A DNA stretch of 63,655 bases, filler included, from Craspedostauros australis (Eukaryota): NCBI GenBank assembly GCA_030167865.1. It is 14 parts of 14 records of this genome, joined end to end, with 100 filler letters (N's around TTAATTAATTAA, not from the genome) between each part and the next. Parts side by side here need not be neighbours in the genome. Positions count along the whole stretch, not along the records: positions 47,492 to 50,363 come from JALAGF010005742.1; positions 50,464 to 52,849 come from JALAGF010005743.1; positions 52,950 to 56,354 come from JALAGF010005744.1; positions 56,455 to 58,803 come from JALAGF010005745.1; 10 more parts are not named here. One strand, given 5' to 3'. Shown in pieces: positions 48,081 through 58,903 of the stretch. The translations under genes were made by a program, and so were the position numbers. The notes under the pieces are model-generated. The model made no database searches, had not been told where the DNA came from, and worked only from the letters and a program-made list of their open reading frames with translations. The first letter of the stretch is position 1; the number at the start of each line of letters is the position of its first letter.

Positions 48081-49398
48081 GCAAGACCAAAGCAGCACCC
48101 ACCATGAATACATTCGAAGTGGTCTGTCTGGCAGGCAAGGCCGAGCATCACAGCAAAGCAGAGGAGGATACCAACACAGCAGAGGTGTAGCTGCAAATCA
48201 AAGTAGTAGTAGTATATGTTATAGGCACACCTGTGATTGGAGTGTTTGTGTGCGCATCGTCTGCTTGATGGCATGGAGGATTGTGATGTGATGTGTTGTG
48301 TTTGAGTTTTTTTGTGACGAGGACCGTTATTTTTGTGTCGTGGTTGGTGCGCGTCGCCACACGATCGGTGTGTTGTGTCGCGAAGCTGTCACGTTGTGTT
48401 GTGGCACGGTCCGCGTGTGTTGCGGCGCGATTGGTGTGTGCTGCGCAGCCATCACGTTGTGTCGCGAAGCAAGGGCCACGTGCTGCGAGACGCACTCACA
48501 TCTTGTGTTGTGAGTGGTTTCGCATGACGCCGAATCCGTCCTGTGACGTAGAAGACGGATCATGGAGGAACAACACGAAATAGCTCTAAATGTACAATCG
48601 GCGTTGCTCCCAGAAGCAAGCAAACCAGTGGCAACAAGGGGCCAAAACTCTACAACTAGTGCTATCGTGACCCCATTTTACATTCTCTGCAGCTAGTAGA
48701 GCCCAATAAAAACATGCAGGTCGACTCACAAGGGGGCTCATGATCAATCAGTTTCCCTTCGATTCCATGCCTTTCCCCGCGAGTAGAGTTTGGTCATTTG
48801 TGGAGAACGGTTGGGTTAAATGAATTTGCTGGTTCTTTGCGAGAAAGTGACCCCCACTTTTACAAATGACCGGAGACTGTGCGTCATGTTTTGCATGCAC
48901 TGGCGCCAGGAGGACCCCTTTGGTTTTTGATCTGGTCGTGGAATCACCGCTGTTGCATTCGCCGCTTCGGCATTCGCCGCTTCGGCATTCGCCTCCGAAG
49001 ATCTGGAGTGAATTCAACAGACAGACACCAGTCGCCGCGAAATCCATCCGTGCTTGCCGCGCGTCCCAGTCGCCACGAAATCCATCCGTACTTGTCGGAC
49101 CGGAGATGGCCGAGACACAAGTCGCCACCGAAATCCATTCCCAGTTGCTGGGGGCGGAGGTGGCCGAGACACAAATTAGCGACAAGCCGCAGCGTCTCCT
49201 CATGTGACTCTTCACACTTGTTTCTGCTGTTGCCTCCACGGTTGTTTGGACTTCGACCACGAAGATGGGCCAGAGAGGCGCGTCCCAAACGCGCAACGAA
49301 ACACAAATCAAATGCATGCCGACACAAAATAAACAAACTAACAAACTAACGAAACAAACACAGCATAACCATCCTCCCACAGAAAGTGTTTCGTCACC

Positions 49399-50363
49399 AT
49401 GGATAACGAACCCCATTGTTTGGACCTGAAGATCTCCACGGCTGCGCAAGTACAGCGCGATGTTGTCTCTGTCAACGACATCGAGGCTGGCACCACCAAG
49501 GCCAACACCATCACCACTGAGCACGAGACCATCCACAAGTCCATCCAAACCAAGTCCTTCGTCGAACACATCAAGTACATCGTCGAACTCAAGTCCGACA
49601 CCGTCTTCTCCACCTGATACAACGACAAGGGAAAGCCAATCAACAACTACACCTTCCAACAGCTCTGGGATGAAGCAGGACACTGCGCCCACCTCCTTCG
49701 CAACAAATGGGGTGTGAAGAAAGATGACCGTGTCGTCCTCTGCTACGACTTCGGACTCCACTTCTTCGCCNNNNNNNNNNNNNNNNNNNNNNNNNNNNNN
49801 NNNNNNNNNNNNNNNNNNNNAAGAAAGATGACCGTGTCGTCCTCTGCTACGACTTCGGACTCCACTTCTTCGCCGTGTTCGTGGGATGTCTCCGTGCAGG
49901 AGTGACAGCTGTCCTGGTCTACCCTCCCGGACCACCGCTCGTCAAGTCTCTCACCAAGATGAACAAGGTCATCGAGGATTGTGCACCGGCACTCATCCTC
50001 ACCCAAACATCCATCAACTTGTTCCGCGCTGCCGATCGCGCCAACCCGGCATCCAAGAGCCGCGCCATGTGGCCGAGCGGTGTCAAGTACCAAGTCACCG
50101 ACCGCATCATCCGTCACGATCCATCCATCGCCGATAAGAGCAAGAACAACAACAGCAACAATAACTCCATGCAGGCAAAGAAGGGCTTCCTTTCCAGCCT
50201 CATCTCTGGCCGCTCGTCGTCGTCACCGTCACCTTCCTTCGATGAGCCAAACATTGAGGGGTCGGATCTGGCGTTCCTTCAGTACACATCTGGAAGCACG
50301 GGCAACCCCAAGGGCGTCATGGTGACCCACGACGCCCTGAGAGCCAACATCGAGCTCGTTCAG
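49399..50363 (+). CDS. Fatty acyl-AMP ligase (FAAL)-like adenylation domain, 5' part; one in-frame TGA at 49615-49617; truncated by contig end
   Basis: YTFQQLWDEA, DDRVVLCYDFGLHFFAVFVGCLRAGVTAVLVYPP, DLAFLQYTSGSTGNPKGVMVTH (AMP-binding loop). Confidence 0.8.
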
Positions 50364-50824
50364 NNNNNNNNNNNNNNNNNNNNNNNNNNNNNNNNNNNNN
50401 NNNNNNNTTAATTAATTAANNNNNNNNNNNNNNNNNNNNNNNNNNNNNNNNNNNNNNNNNNNNGGCTATCAAGCAAGAAGAAGGTGCAAGTGAGACTCCA
50501 CCACGACAAGAGAAGGAAGCAGCCGCGGCTACTGTCCTATCAAGCACAGACGCAAGCGCGATTGACGAGACCGAAGAAAAACGGTCTGCGAGACTACACC
50601 GCGAGAAGAAGAGGATTCTCAAGGCGGCCAAGCAAGAGGAAACTGGTGTGACGGAGAGCATTCGCACAGCCAAACAGAGTGGGAAAAGTGAGACACCACC
50701 AGGAGGAGAATTTGTGAGCAAATCAATCCTCGCGAAACAACAAGCGAAAATCGAAGAATCGGCAACACAGAAACAGACGGAAACTAAGGGCGCGAGCGCA
50801 CCAACAACGAAACAACGAACCAAC

Positions 50825-52323
50825 ATGGCGACATCAGCCAACACAAACAAGCGACACATCAAGGCGCCGATGTTCAGTGGTGAACAGGAAGACTATAGCG
50901 CATGGGAGTCCCAAGCAAAGGCATACGCTCGTGCACAGAAGACGAGAGACGTGATGTTGGGCAAGACCAAGGTCCCAACAGTGAGCGAGATCGCGGCAGT
51001 CACCGACGATGCCAAAGAAGCGATGGAGGAGATCTACGAGCTGGGATGCGACTGCTTCAGCGATCTGATCCTCATGATGGATGCAGAGAAAGGAAAAGGC
51101 NNNNNNNNNNNNNNNNNNNNNNNNNNNNNNNNNNNNNNNNNNNNNNNNNNTGCTTCAGCGATCTGATCCTCATGATGGATGCAGAGAAAGGAAAAGGCAA
51201 GCAGGCCATCCAATACATCAACCAATGCATCTCCAACGACTACCCCGAAGGAGATCCACACGCAGCGTGGAACGTTCTCGCGGAGAAGTTCCGTCCATCC
51301 GACGCGGCGACGAAGATCAAACTCAAGCGCCAATTCAACAACGAAAAGATGAAGAGAGACACGGATCCCGACATCTACATCACGCGACTCGAGGGTCTAC
51401 GATCGCGTCTCCACGATGTCAAGTACGAGATCACGGACGAGGAGATGATCATGCAAATCCTCAGCACGGTGAGCAACGAGTACAGAACCCACATCGTGAA
51501 CTTCCAACACCAACTCATGTTCAATCCGGAACTGATTACCATCAACGCAATCAGAGGAGTACTCCGCACAGCACACGCCACCCATCAAGGAGGCAAGGCA
51601 TACGTGGACGACTTCCAAGACAGCAACACGAAGAGCAACGACACCGGCTTCACGAGTACCGGTAACTTCAAGGGTACCTGTCACAACTGTGGTGTGTATG
51701 GTCACAGATCCGCCGATTGCCCAGAACGCAAGAAATCGAACAACAAGAAAAACAACAACAACAACAAGATGAACGGAAAGCGTAACAACAACTGCAACAA
51801 GGGAAGCGGCTTCAACGGCAAGTGCAGCTACTGCAGCATTTTCGGACATCGCGAGGCGGAGTGCCGAAAGAAGAAGTTCAACGAGAAGAAGAAGGCCGAC
51901 AAACAGGCCAACACAGCAACAGAAGGACACGACAAGAGCGGGCACGAGATGGTACTCTCAGCAAAGGACATGCCACTCTGCATGTTGGTGTCCGATGACT
52001 ACATCGAAGACTCCTTCTTCGATAACTTTGAGTGCGTCGGGAGTGACGACGAAGTGCAGGACGATGAGATCGTCCCGGAGTGGCTCAACGAGGAGCCAAT
52101 CATCCACGAGGTGGATCCAAGACGCGAAGTGAGCTACGAATGCTGCTTCAACTCGCACGACCTGATCGGTCCATACGGCGACGGAGCTGAGATGGGCAAC
52201 GAGGCCATCGACATCGACGTCGAGGAGGCCATGAGCGAAGACGACGAAGACGCCGATGAGAACGGCTCAGACGAAGACGCCGACGAGGACGGCGCAGATG
52301 GAGACGACGACGACACCATCTAA
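50825..52323 (+). mobile_element. gag: Ty1/copia gag (UBN2/gag_2-like) with two CCHC zinc knuckles, interrupted at ~52319
   Basis: PMFSGEQEDYSAW, GDPHAAWNVLAEKF, DPDIYITRLE, CHNCGVYGHRSADC, CSYCSIFGHREAEC. Confidence 0.85.
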
Positions 52324-52849
52324 TAGAGCCCAAACGTAATGGCTGTTGTCTTGTTGGCTGTTCTTTAGCTGTAGGCAGAGGCTTGACTGGCAAGCGATCC
52401 GGACNNNNNNNNNNNNNNNNNNNNNNNNNNNNNNNNNNNNNNNNNNNNNNNNNNNNNNNNNNNNNNNNNNNNNNNNNNNNNNNNNNNNNNNNNNNNNNNN
52501 NNNNNNNNNNNNNNNNNNNNNNTGTATGACAATGCGTGTGGGTTGTGTAGCCCAAGTACCGTGGGTCGAGATCCGTCGTCTGGGTTCTGTGAGAGACAAT
52601 GGGCGATGATGCTCGTTGCTGTGGCTTTGGTTCCGTGCGTCGGCGTTTTGGCGATGGTGGGTGTCAGAAACTTGGCTATCGGAACCCCATTGGTTCCCTG
52701 GCACGAATTCCGAAGATCCGCTTCAAGGTTCTGGATTTGTCTCCAAACGTGGGGTTCGGCGAAGTGTCCGTTCGATCTACTGGAGTGCTGATGAGTCGGA
52801 GGATTCGTAGTCTCTCTCGCTAAGGTGGTTACTAGTTTAGCTCTATTAC
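52319..52849. mobile_element. Probable LTR (~530 bp) inserted into the copia ORF
   Basis: Bounded by short inverted termini T(C)TAATAGAGC ... GCTCTATTAC[N], i.e. TG..CA-like with one mismatch; composition changes abruptly at 52321. Confidence 0.5.
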
Positions 52850-52987
52850 NNNNNNNNNNNNNNNNNNNNNNNNNNNNNNNNNNNNNNNNNNNNTTAATTA
52901 ATTAANNNNNNNNNNNNNNNNNNNNNNNNNNNNNNNNNNNNNNNNNNNNAGCCTGCCAAAAAGAGCAACCCACCAGCATTTCCAACC

Positions 52988-55900
52988 ATGACAAGCTCAA
53001 AGCCTCCACCAATTGATGGGCACCAGCAATCACTGGCAACAACACCTCCAAGGCCTGGGAATGAGGATGAAGCAAACATCCCCCCAGTTTGCCACTGCCA
53101 TGCTGCCAGCTCTGATCAAGACTTCCCCCCACAACAGAGAGCACACAGTGGTGCTGCTGTCAATGGTGGTTCACCAATTAACTATCACATCATTGACTAC
53201 CTTCGCAGCTACCAATTTGGTGGCTCCTCAATCCACAGATATCATGCTTGGAGCGTCCTCCACATGAACCAAAACCACACACTCAATCATGACAGCACCA
53301 AGCCGGAGGGTCCAGTAGCAAGCTATCTGCGTGCTTGTAAATTGCACACTCCAAAATTCAACCAGCCCCACCCTCCCAATCAAACAGGATTTGCTGATAT
53401 CTTAACCCCACCTACATTGCTGGAGTCTCCCTGGAATATGTTCATCCGCCACAATCAACTTCAGCCTCTCTCCAATGACATGCATCGTGCTGTCCGCTTC
53501 CCAGAGAGCATGCCCATCACCCACCACATGGCTCTCCATGGTGATAACAGTGCTAATGATCTGCCAGGCAATGGCACCAGCACCAGTGACGATGATGGGT
53601 CCGATCCTGCTTTTGAACCACCGGATGACAGTGGCAGCGACGTAGAATCGATCAACAATTCTAATGTGCCCATGGCAACCTCTCCATCCACTCCTACAGC
53701 CCGTGACGTTCTCATGGAGATGTACCACATCATGAAGAGAGATCCATCTAAACTCCGCAACTTCCCACCAGATGGTTGGCATCACATCCCAGACAAAAGT
53801 CAACCTCGTGCCTGGAGAACCTACCGTGGCATTCAAATGGATGTCCACGACTTTGTATCGAAGACTCTGGTGTCACATCAAGTTGCTCCTGTNGACTTCA
53901 GGGATGCTTTTGACTACTGCCAAGAGGCACTGCCCATCTATCCTGTCCAGATGGCCAAGAATTGTGCTACCCTATGCTTCAACGCAACAGACCAAACCTC
54001 TCAATGCTTCAAGTCGGTGATGGGAGTGGCCAAGTCTGTCAAGGAGAGCAATAGGTTTCTACAAGCCTATAGCCATGCAATTTCACCACCCATTGCACAC
54101 AACCATCATGCACAACATTGGGACACAACAGATCATACTCATCGCAAACTGAAGAAGCTCAATGCTGTCCTTGCTGCTGGANNNNNNNNNNNNNNNNNNN
54201 NNNNNNNNNNNNNNNNNNNNNNNNNNNNNNNATGCACAACATTGGGACACAACAGATCATACTCATCGCAAACTGAAGAAGCTCAATGCTGTCCTTGCTG
54301 CTGGAAAGGATTTCCTAACAAGGAAGAACAGCTTCCGGATTGCTTCAGCAAAGCTGGACAATGTCATTCAGTTCATTGCCCACAACACTCACTTCAAGCC
54401 TGGGTTGTGCCGGTCCATCAAGTTCCGGGGTGAGGACTTCCCTGATCTTCCTGTGTTCGAGTTGGGTGCTTGGAGCATTGACGAACTTTTCCGACAGTAC
54501 CAAAAGTCCACCATTGATCGTGTTGGGAGGCCAACCTTCTACGAATTGGCCAAATTGCTCACCCGGCATAGTCAATGTCATGCAGGCCTCTCATCGTACT
54601 ACATCGACTTCTACAGGCCATCAGAGATATTCAAGGACATGCTCCATAGACTCAGCAGCATCCCAACACCCAGCAAGGAGAATACATATGAAGTCCCAAT
54701 GGCTGACAAGGTGGATCCTGACAAGGTTCCAAAGCCTCCACCCCCACTGCCAATGTTGCTGTCNNNNNNNNNNNNNNNNNNNNNNNNNNNNNNNNNNNNN
54801 NNNNNNNNNNNNNAGAATCCATATGAAGTCCCAATGGCTGACAAGGTGGATCCTGACAAGGTTCCAAAGCCTCCACCCCCACTGCCAATGTTGCTGTTGC
54901 CTGGGACTCGCGATGAAGTGCTGAAGCAATGGCACGCAATCTCAGTGTTCGTGCAGTGGGAGTATGGCTTCTCACACATGCAGAAGATGTGCTCTGAAGA
55001 CGCATTCCACTGCGCTTCATTTGCTCTTGAGAAAAACAAGTGTTCCACTNGGAAGGGATCTTGTGACATATGTGGAAATACCATGTCATTCCTTCCTTGC
55101 ATTGTGAAGCCTTGCATTGCTGCCATCCTGAACAAAATGAAGGGCACAGCATACGAGCAAGAACTTGCAACCATGGTGGATGCCATCGACGAATTGCAAC
55201 TTCGCTTGCAGTCATTCATGGCTCACAAGATCTGGGCCAAGGTGCAATTCATCAAGCTTTGCGAGATCAGAGAGAGTCTGAAGCTGGAGGAAGGCAAGGT
55301 CCTTTGCATCGTTGACTTCAAACAGAAGATCTTACCTTCAGAGCGATTGGAGTCACAACAGGATTTCTTCGGGAAGAATGGCATGTCACTGCTTGGTGTC
55401 ATGACCACAGTTTTTGAAGAAGGCGAATTTCACCATCGTTTCCTTGACCTCCTGGTCAAAGGACACAAAGCTCAAGACCACAGGATGGTGGCAGCAGTGT
55501 TGACAGTTTTGCCAGGGCTTGTACAGGAGGTGCATCCAGGTGCCAAGACTCTTGTCATTGAGAGTGACAATGCGAGCTGCTTTGCAAGTCAACAACTTGT
55601 CCCATTCATCTACCATGCACAGAACCAAGAGGCAATGGCACATCTACCAAAGATCACACAATGGGTGTATACTGAAGCTCAAACTGGCAAGTGCCCAATT
55701 GATACACACTTCAGCTTTGTGAGTGGGCAACTACGCAAGGCGGTCAGGTCAGGTCACAAGGCAACAACGGAACAAGAGGTGTTTCAAAATNNNNNNNNNN
55801 NNNNNNNNNNNNNNNNNNNNNNNNNNNNNNNNNNNNNNNNCAAAGCTCAAGACCACAGGATGGTGGCAGCAGTGTTGACAGTTTTGCCAGGGCTTGTACA

Positions 55901-56354
55901 GGAGGTGCATCCAGGTGCCAAGACTCTTGTCATTGAGAGTGACAATGCGAGCTGCTTTGCAAGTCAACAACTTGTCCCATTCATCTACCATGCACAGAAC
56001 CAAGAGGCAATGGCACATCTACCAAAGATCACACAATGGGTGTATACTGAAGCTCAAACTGGCAAGTGCCCAATNGATACNCACTTCAGCTTNGTNAGTG
56101 GGCAACTACGCAAGGCGGTCAGGTCAGGTCACAAGGCAACAACGGAACAAGAGGTGTTTCAAAATATGTGTGACTTTCCGGTGCGATCTTCAGTTGCCTT
56201 CCTTCTGGATGCAAGCAAGGTCGAAATGGATGCCATTCTGCTTCATCCTACTGGCAAGGCCTTCACAAGCGGGACAGGGGTGCGATCCACCCACGAGGTG
56301 TGTTGGCTGAAGGAGGCTGTCTTGTTGTTTGCTTCCTCTGGTATCTCGAAGCCA
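52988..56354 (+). mobile_element. Sola3-like DDD transposase (large ORF, broken by gaps and assembly duplications)
   Basis: IVDFKQKILP..ESQQDFFGKNGMSLLG, QDHRMV, IESDNASCF, YTEAQTGKCPIDTHF; upstream HC..CDIC zinc cluster. Confidence 0.6.
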
Positions 56355-56454
56355 NNNNNNNNNNNNNNNNNNNNNNNNNNNNNNNNNNNNNNNNNNNNTT
56401 AATTAATTAANNNNNNNNNNNNNNNNNNNNNNNNNNNNNNNNNNNNNNNNNNNN

Positions 56455-57724
56455 GCCATGGACCCCACAGATGCCTGACTGCTCACTGCGGATCTCATTC
56501 CTGGTCCCATGTCTGTTGGTCGCAGAAAGACTGTGCCGGTGACCTGACTGCACAGAGCTGAAACCATCGCTTGCGAGACGCCTGGGCTGGTTGTATATCA
56601 ATTCATCCAGTTGCGGGTGTCAGCCGCAGGCCTTGCCACTGCTCTCACCCTGGCAGGGTCCTTGCACTCCCAAGAGTGCGCGCTGCTCTCCTGTTCTCCA
56701 CAACTGGGACATATATCAGAGCTGCGCAGGCCCCACGGTTGCATGCATTTTCCTGTCACCGCCTCTCCTGCAATGAGTTTGAATGATATAATCCTTTTGG
56801 AATGGTTGGGACCTTGTAACTCCCCTGCAATGGCTTCCCACTGTATCTGGTCCCTGCTGCTGAACACCTTTCGCGCCTGAAGAATACCAATCGCCTATCG
56901 AGTGGCTTGCTCCCTGATACGTTGTCCTATCCTATGGACGTCAGCTTGGATTGGCGGTGGAATGACACTCGTTCCCCTCAGATATGGCAGCCGTAAATGC
57001 ACTCCTCTGACAGGGAAGCGCACACCGCCCCTGCAAGTTGATCTGCTTCCACGTTGAGGTGGACCCAGTCGTCTAGCTCTGCCCACACCCTGCCGCTGTC
57101 TTGGTGCCCTTATATGTGCCGCCCTTGCACCTCAATTGGGAGCTCATGACTTTGATTATGGACTGCTCTCTGCAGGTCTGCATCTGCGGACCCTGGGGAT
57201 AAATGCCAATCTTGGCCAAGATCCTTAAGAGCACCCACGGCATCGCACTCCGGCACAGCTTTGCCGTGGGTGACTTGGCATGCCTTGCATATCACCTCTA
57301 GCATGACAAGGACCCGTAAATGCTTGCCAGTTCCACTTGGTGCAATTGCATGACTTTGTTGGTGGCCGGTGTGTGGTGGGTTATCCACAGCCTGGCTGCT
57401 TCGTCACCATGCTTGGCGTGTATGCCTGTGCCAGCTGCGCTTCTACAGGCTGTGACCGATCCGCCACTGCACTCCACGAGCAATCCAGCTCGCATTGCTT
57501 CTGTGAATGTGAGTACGTCTCCCATGATATCATGAACCTGGATCGCCCAAGATTTGGTCTGCGACACTTGGCCGATCAGATCGGGAAACTCCAAGCTTGG
57601 CACCTCAGATTGTGCCTGTCCTGGCCCCAAGCTCGGGACGATGATACACCCTCTGTATTCATACCCATTGACCACTTCCTGACCCGGTCCAACTGTTCTG
57701 TCAGCTGTTGCATAGAGCTGCCGC
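56455..57724 (-). mobile_element. Degenerate Ambal-like LINE ORF2 3' part: RNase H and C-terminal zinc knuckle
   Basis: Across frames: CSGGSV..SAAG, ELASIYGSL, CDAVGAL..DL, HI*GHQD, then IQWEAI..VTGKCMQPW..CPSCGEQESSAHSWEC; many stops and frameshifts. Confidence 0.7.
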
Positions 57725-58400
57725 CCTAGATCTGTCAAGGAAGGATCCAATTCTATGAATGCTGATATCATGGATTTCTGCGTGGGACGGGCCTGTGCGG
57801 TGGGCATGGCGCTGTACAGTCTTCTACCTATCTATGGATTTGGCCAGCCTTCTTGAGAGATGCTATCAACCGCACCACTCCAAGTAGATTGCAAAAGCTA
57901 CAGCCATGAAGTTTGAAATAGTGTATCCATTTGGAAGTGATCCAATTCTACGGATAGTGATGTCAGGTGGCGCTGAGCGGTGTCATGACGCGTGAATCAC
58001 CTGAGCGCATCTCGATACGCCTTCCTGATGCATTCACAGCATCAAGCTGCATATCCGTGCTCTATGGAGCGTGTTCAGAGTCATCGAAGCATTGGATTGG
58101 AATATGGTCGACATGCCATTGGCACATATTCTCAGAACGCTGCACAACACGATGATCACCGTTCAGCATTGTGACATACCAGCATCCGTAGACAGCAATC
58201 CCTTCATGACAGATCTAAGACTTCAAACTTCACGACCACACCCATTTGAGTATATCCGAAGCAAAACGCTTCTTCGAATGCAATAATACCGACATTGTAT
58301 GTTTGCATATGCTTAGATCGTTGTCTACCATGATGCGTATTGTGCAGTATTGCGTGATATTAGCATCCATAGAATTGGATCCCTCCTTGACGGATCTAGG
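57725..58400. repeat. 46-bp inverted repeat pair (57725-57770 / 58355-58400) with two internal degenerate copies; MITE/foldback-like
   Basis: CCTAGATCTGTCAAGGAAGGATCCAATTCTATGAATGCTGATATCA matches the reverse complement of 58355-58400 at 42/46; partial copies at 57939-57965 and 58172-58219. Confidence 0.75.
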
Positions 58401-58903
58401 ACTCCACACTCTATGTATGTACTCTTTGGAGTGTGATTGGAGTGATATGGNNNNNNNNNNNNNNNNNNNNNNNNNNNNNNNNNNNNNNNNNNNNNNNNNN
58501 NNNNNNNNNNNNNNNNNNNNNNNNNNNNNNNNNNNNNNNNNNNNNNNNNNNNNNNNNNNNNNNNNNNNNNNNNNNNNNNNNNNNNNNAAGCTGGTATTAT
58601 ACCCATTGGAATGCCCTCAATGCGCTGATCTTGTTATAATGTAGTATGTTTATCCTTTCCAATGAAGGTTTGGTCAGAATACGACCCACAACGCAAGGAA
58701 TTGGAGCAACAGATGGATAATGCACATATCTACAACTAAATCAGGCACTTATTCCCTTCATTAGATGCTATATTTTATGGATTAATTAAATGCATGCTGT
58801 GAANNNNNNNNNNNNNNNNNNNNNNNNNNNNNNNNNNNNNNNNNNNNTTAATTAATTAANNNNNNNNNNNNNNNNNNNNNNNNNNNNNNNNNNNNNNNNN
58901 NNN

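Noticed and set aside
47492..48190. Possible decayed ORF with TGA stops
   Set aside because: Frames are inconsistent and there is no recognisable motif
26183..49617. Genome-wide UGA reassignment suggested by several in-frame TGAs
   Set aside because: Intact genes end in TGA (11392, 16760, 20850, 29940) and use TGG for Trp
55467..56165. Apparent tandem domain duplications flanking 50-N gaps (also ~38310-39110, 43018-43206, 51051-51200, 59260-59777, 62930-63069)
   Set aside because: Near-identical sequence on both sides of a fixed-length gap indicates unmerged contig overlap, not biology
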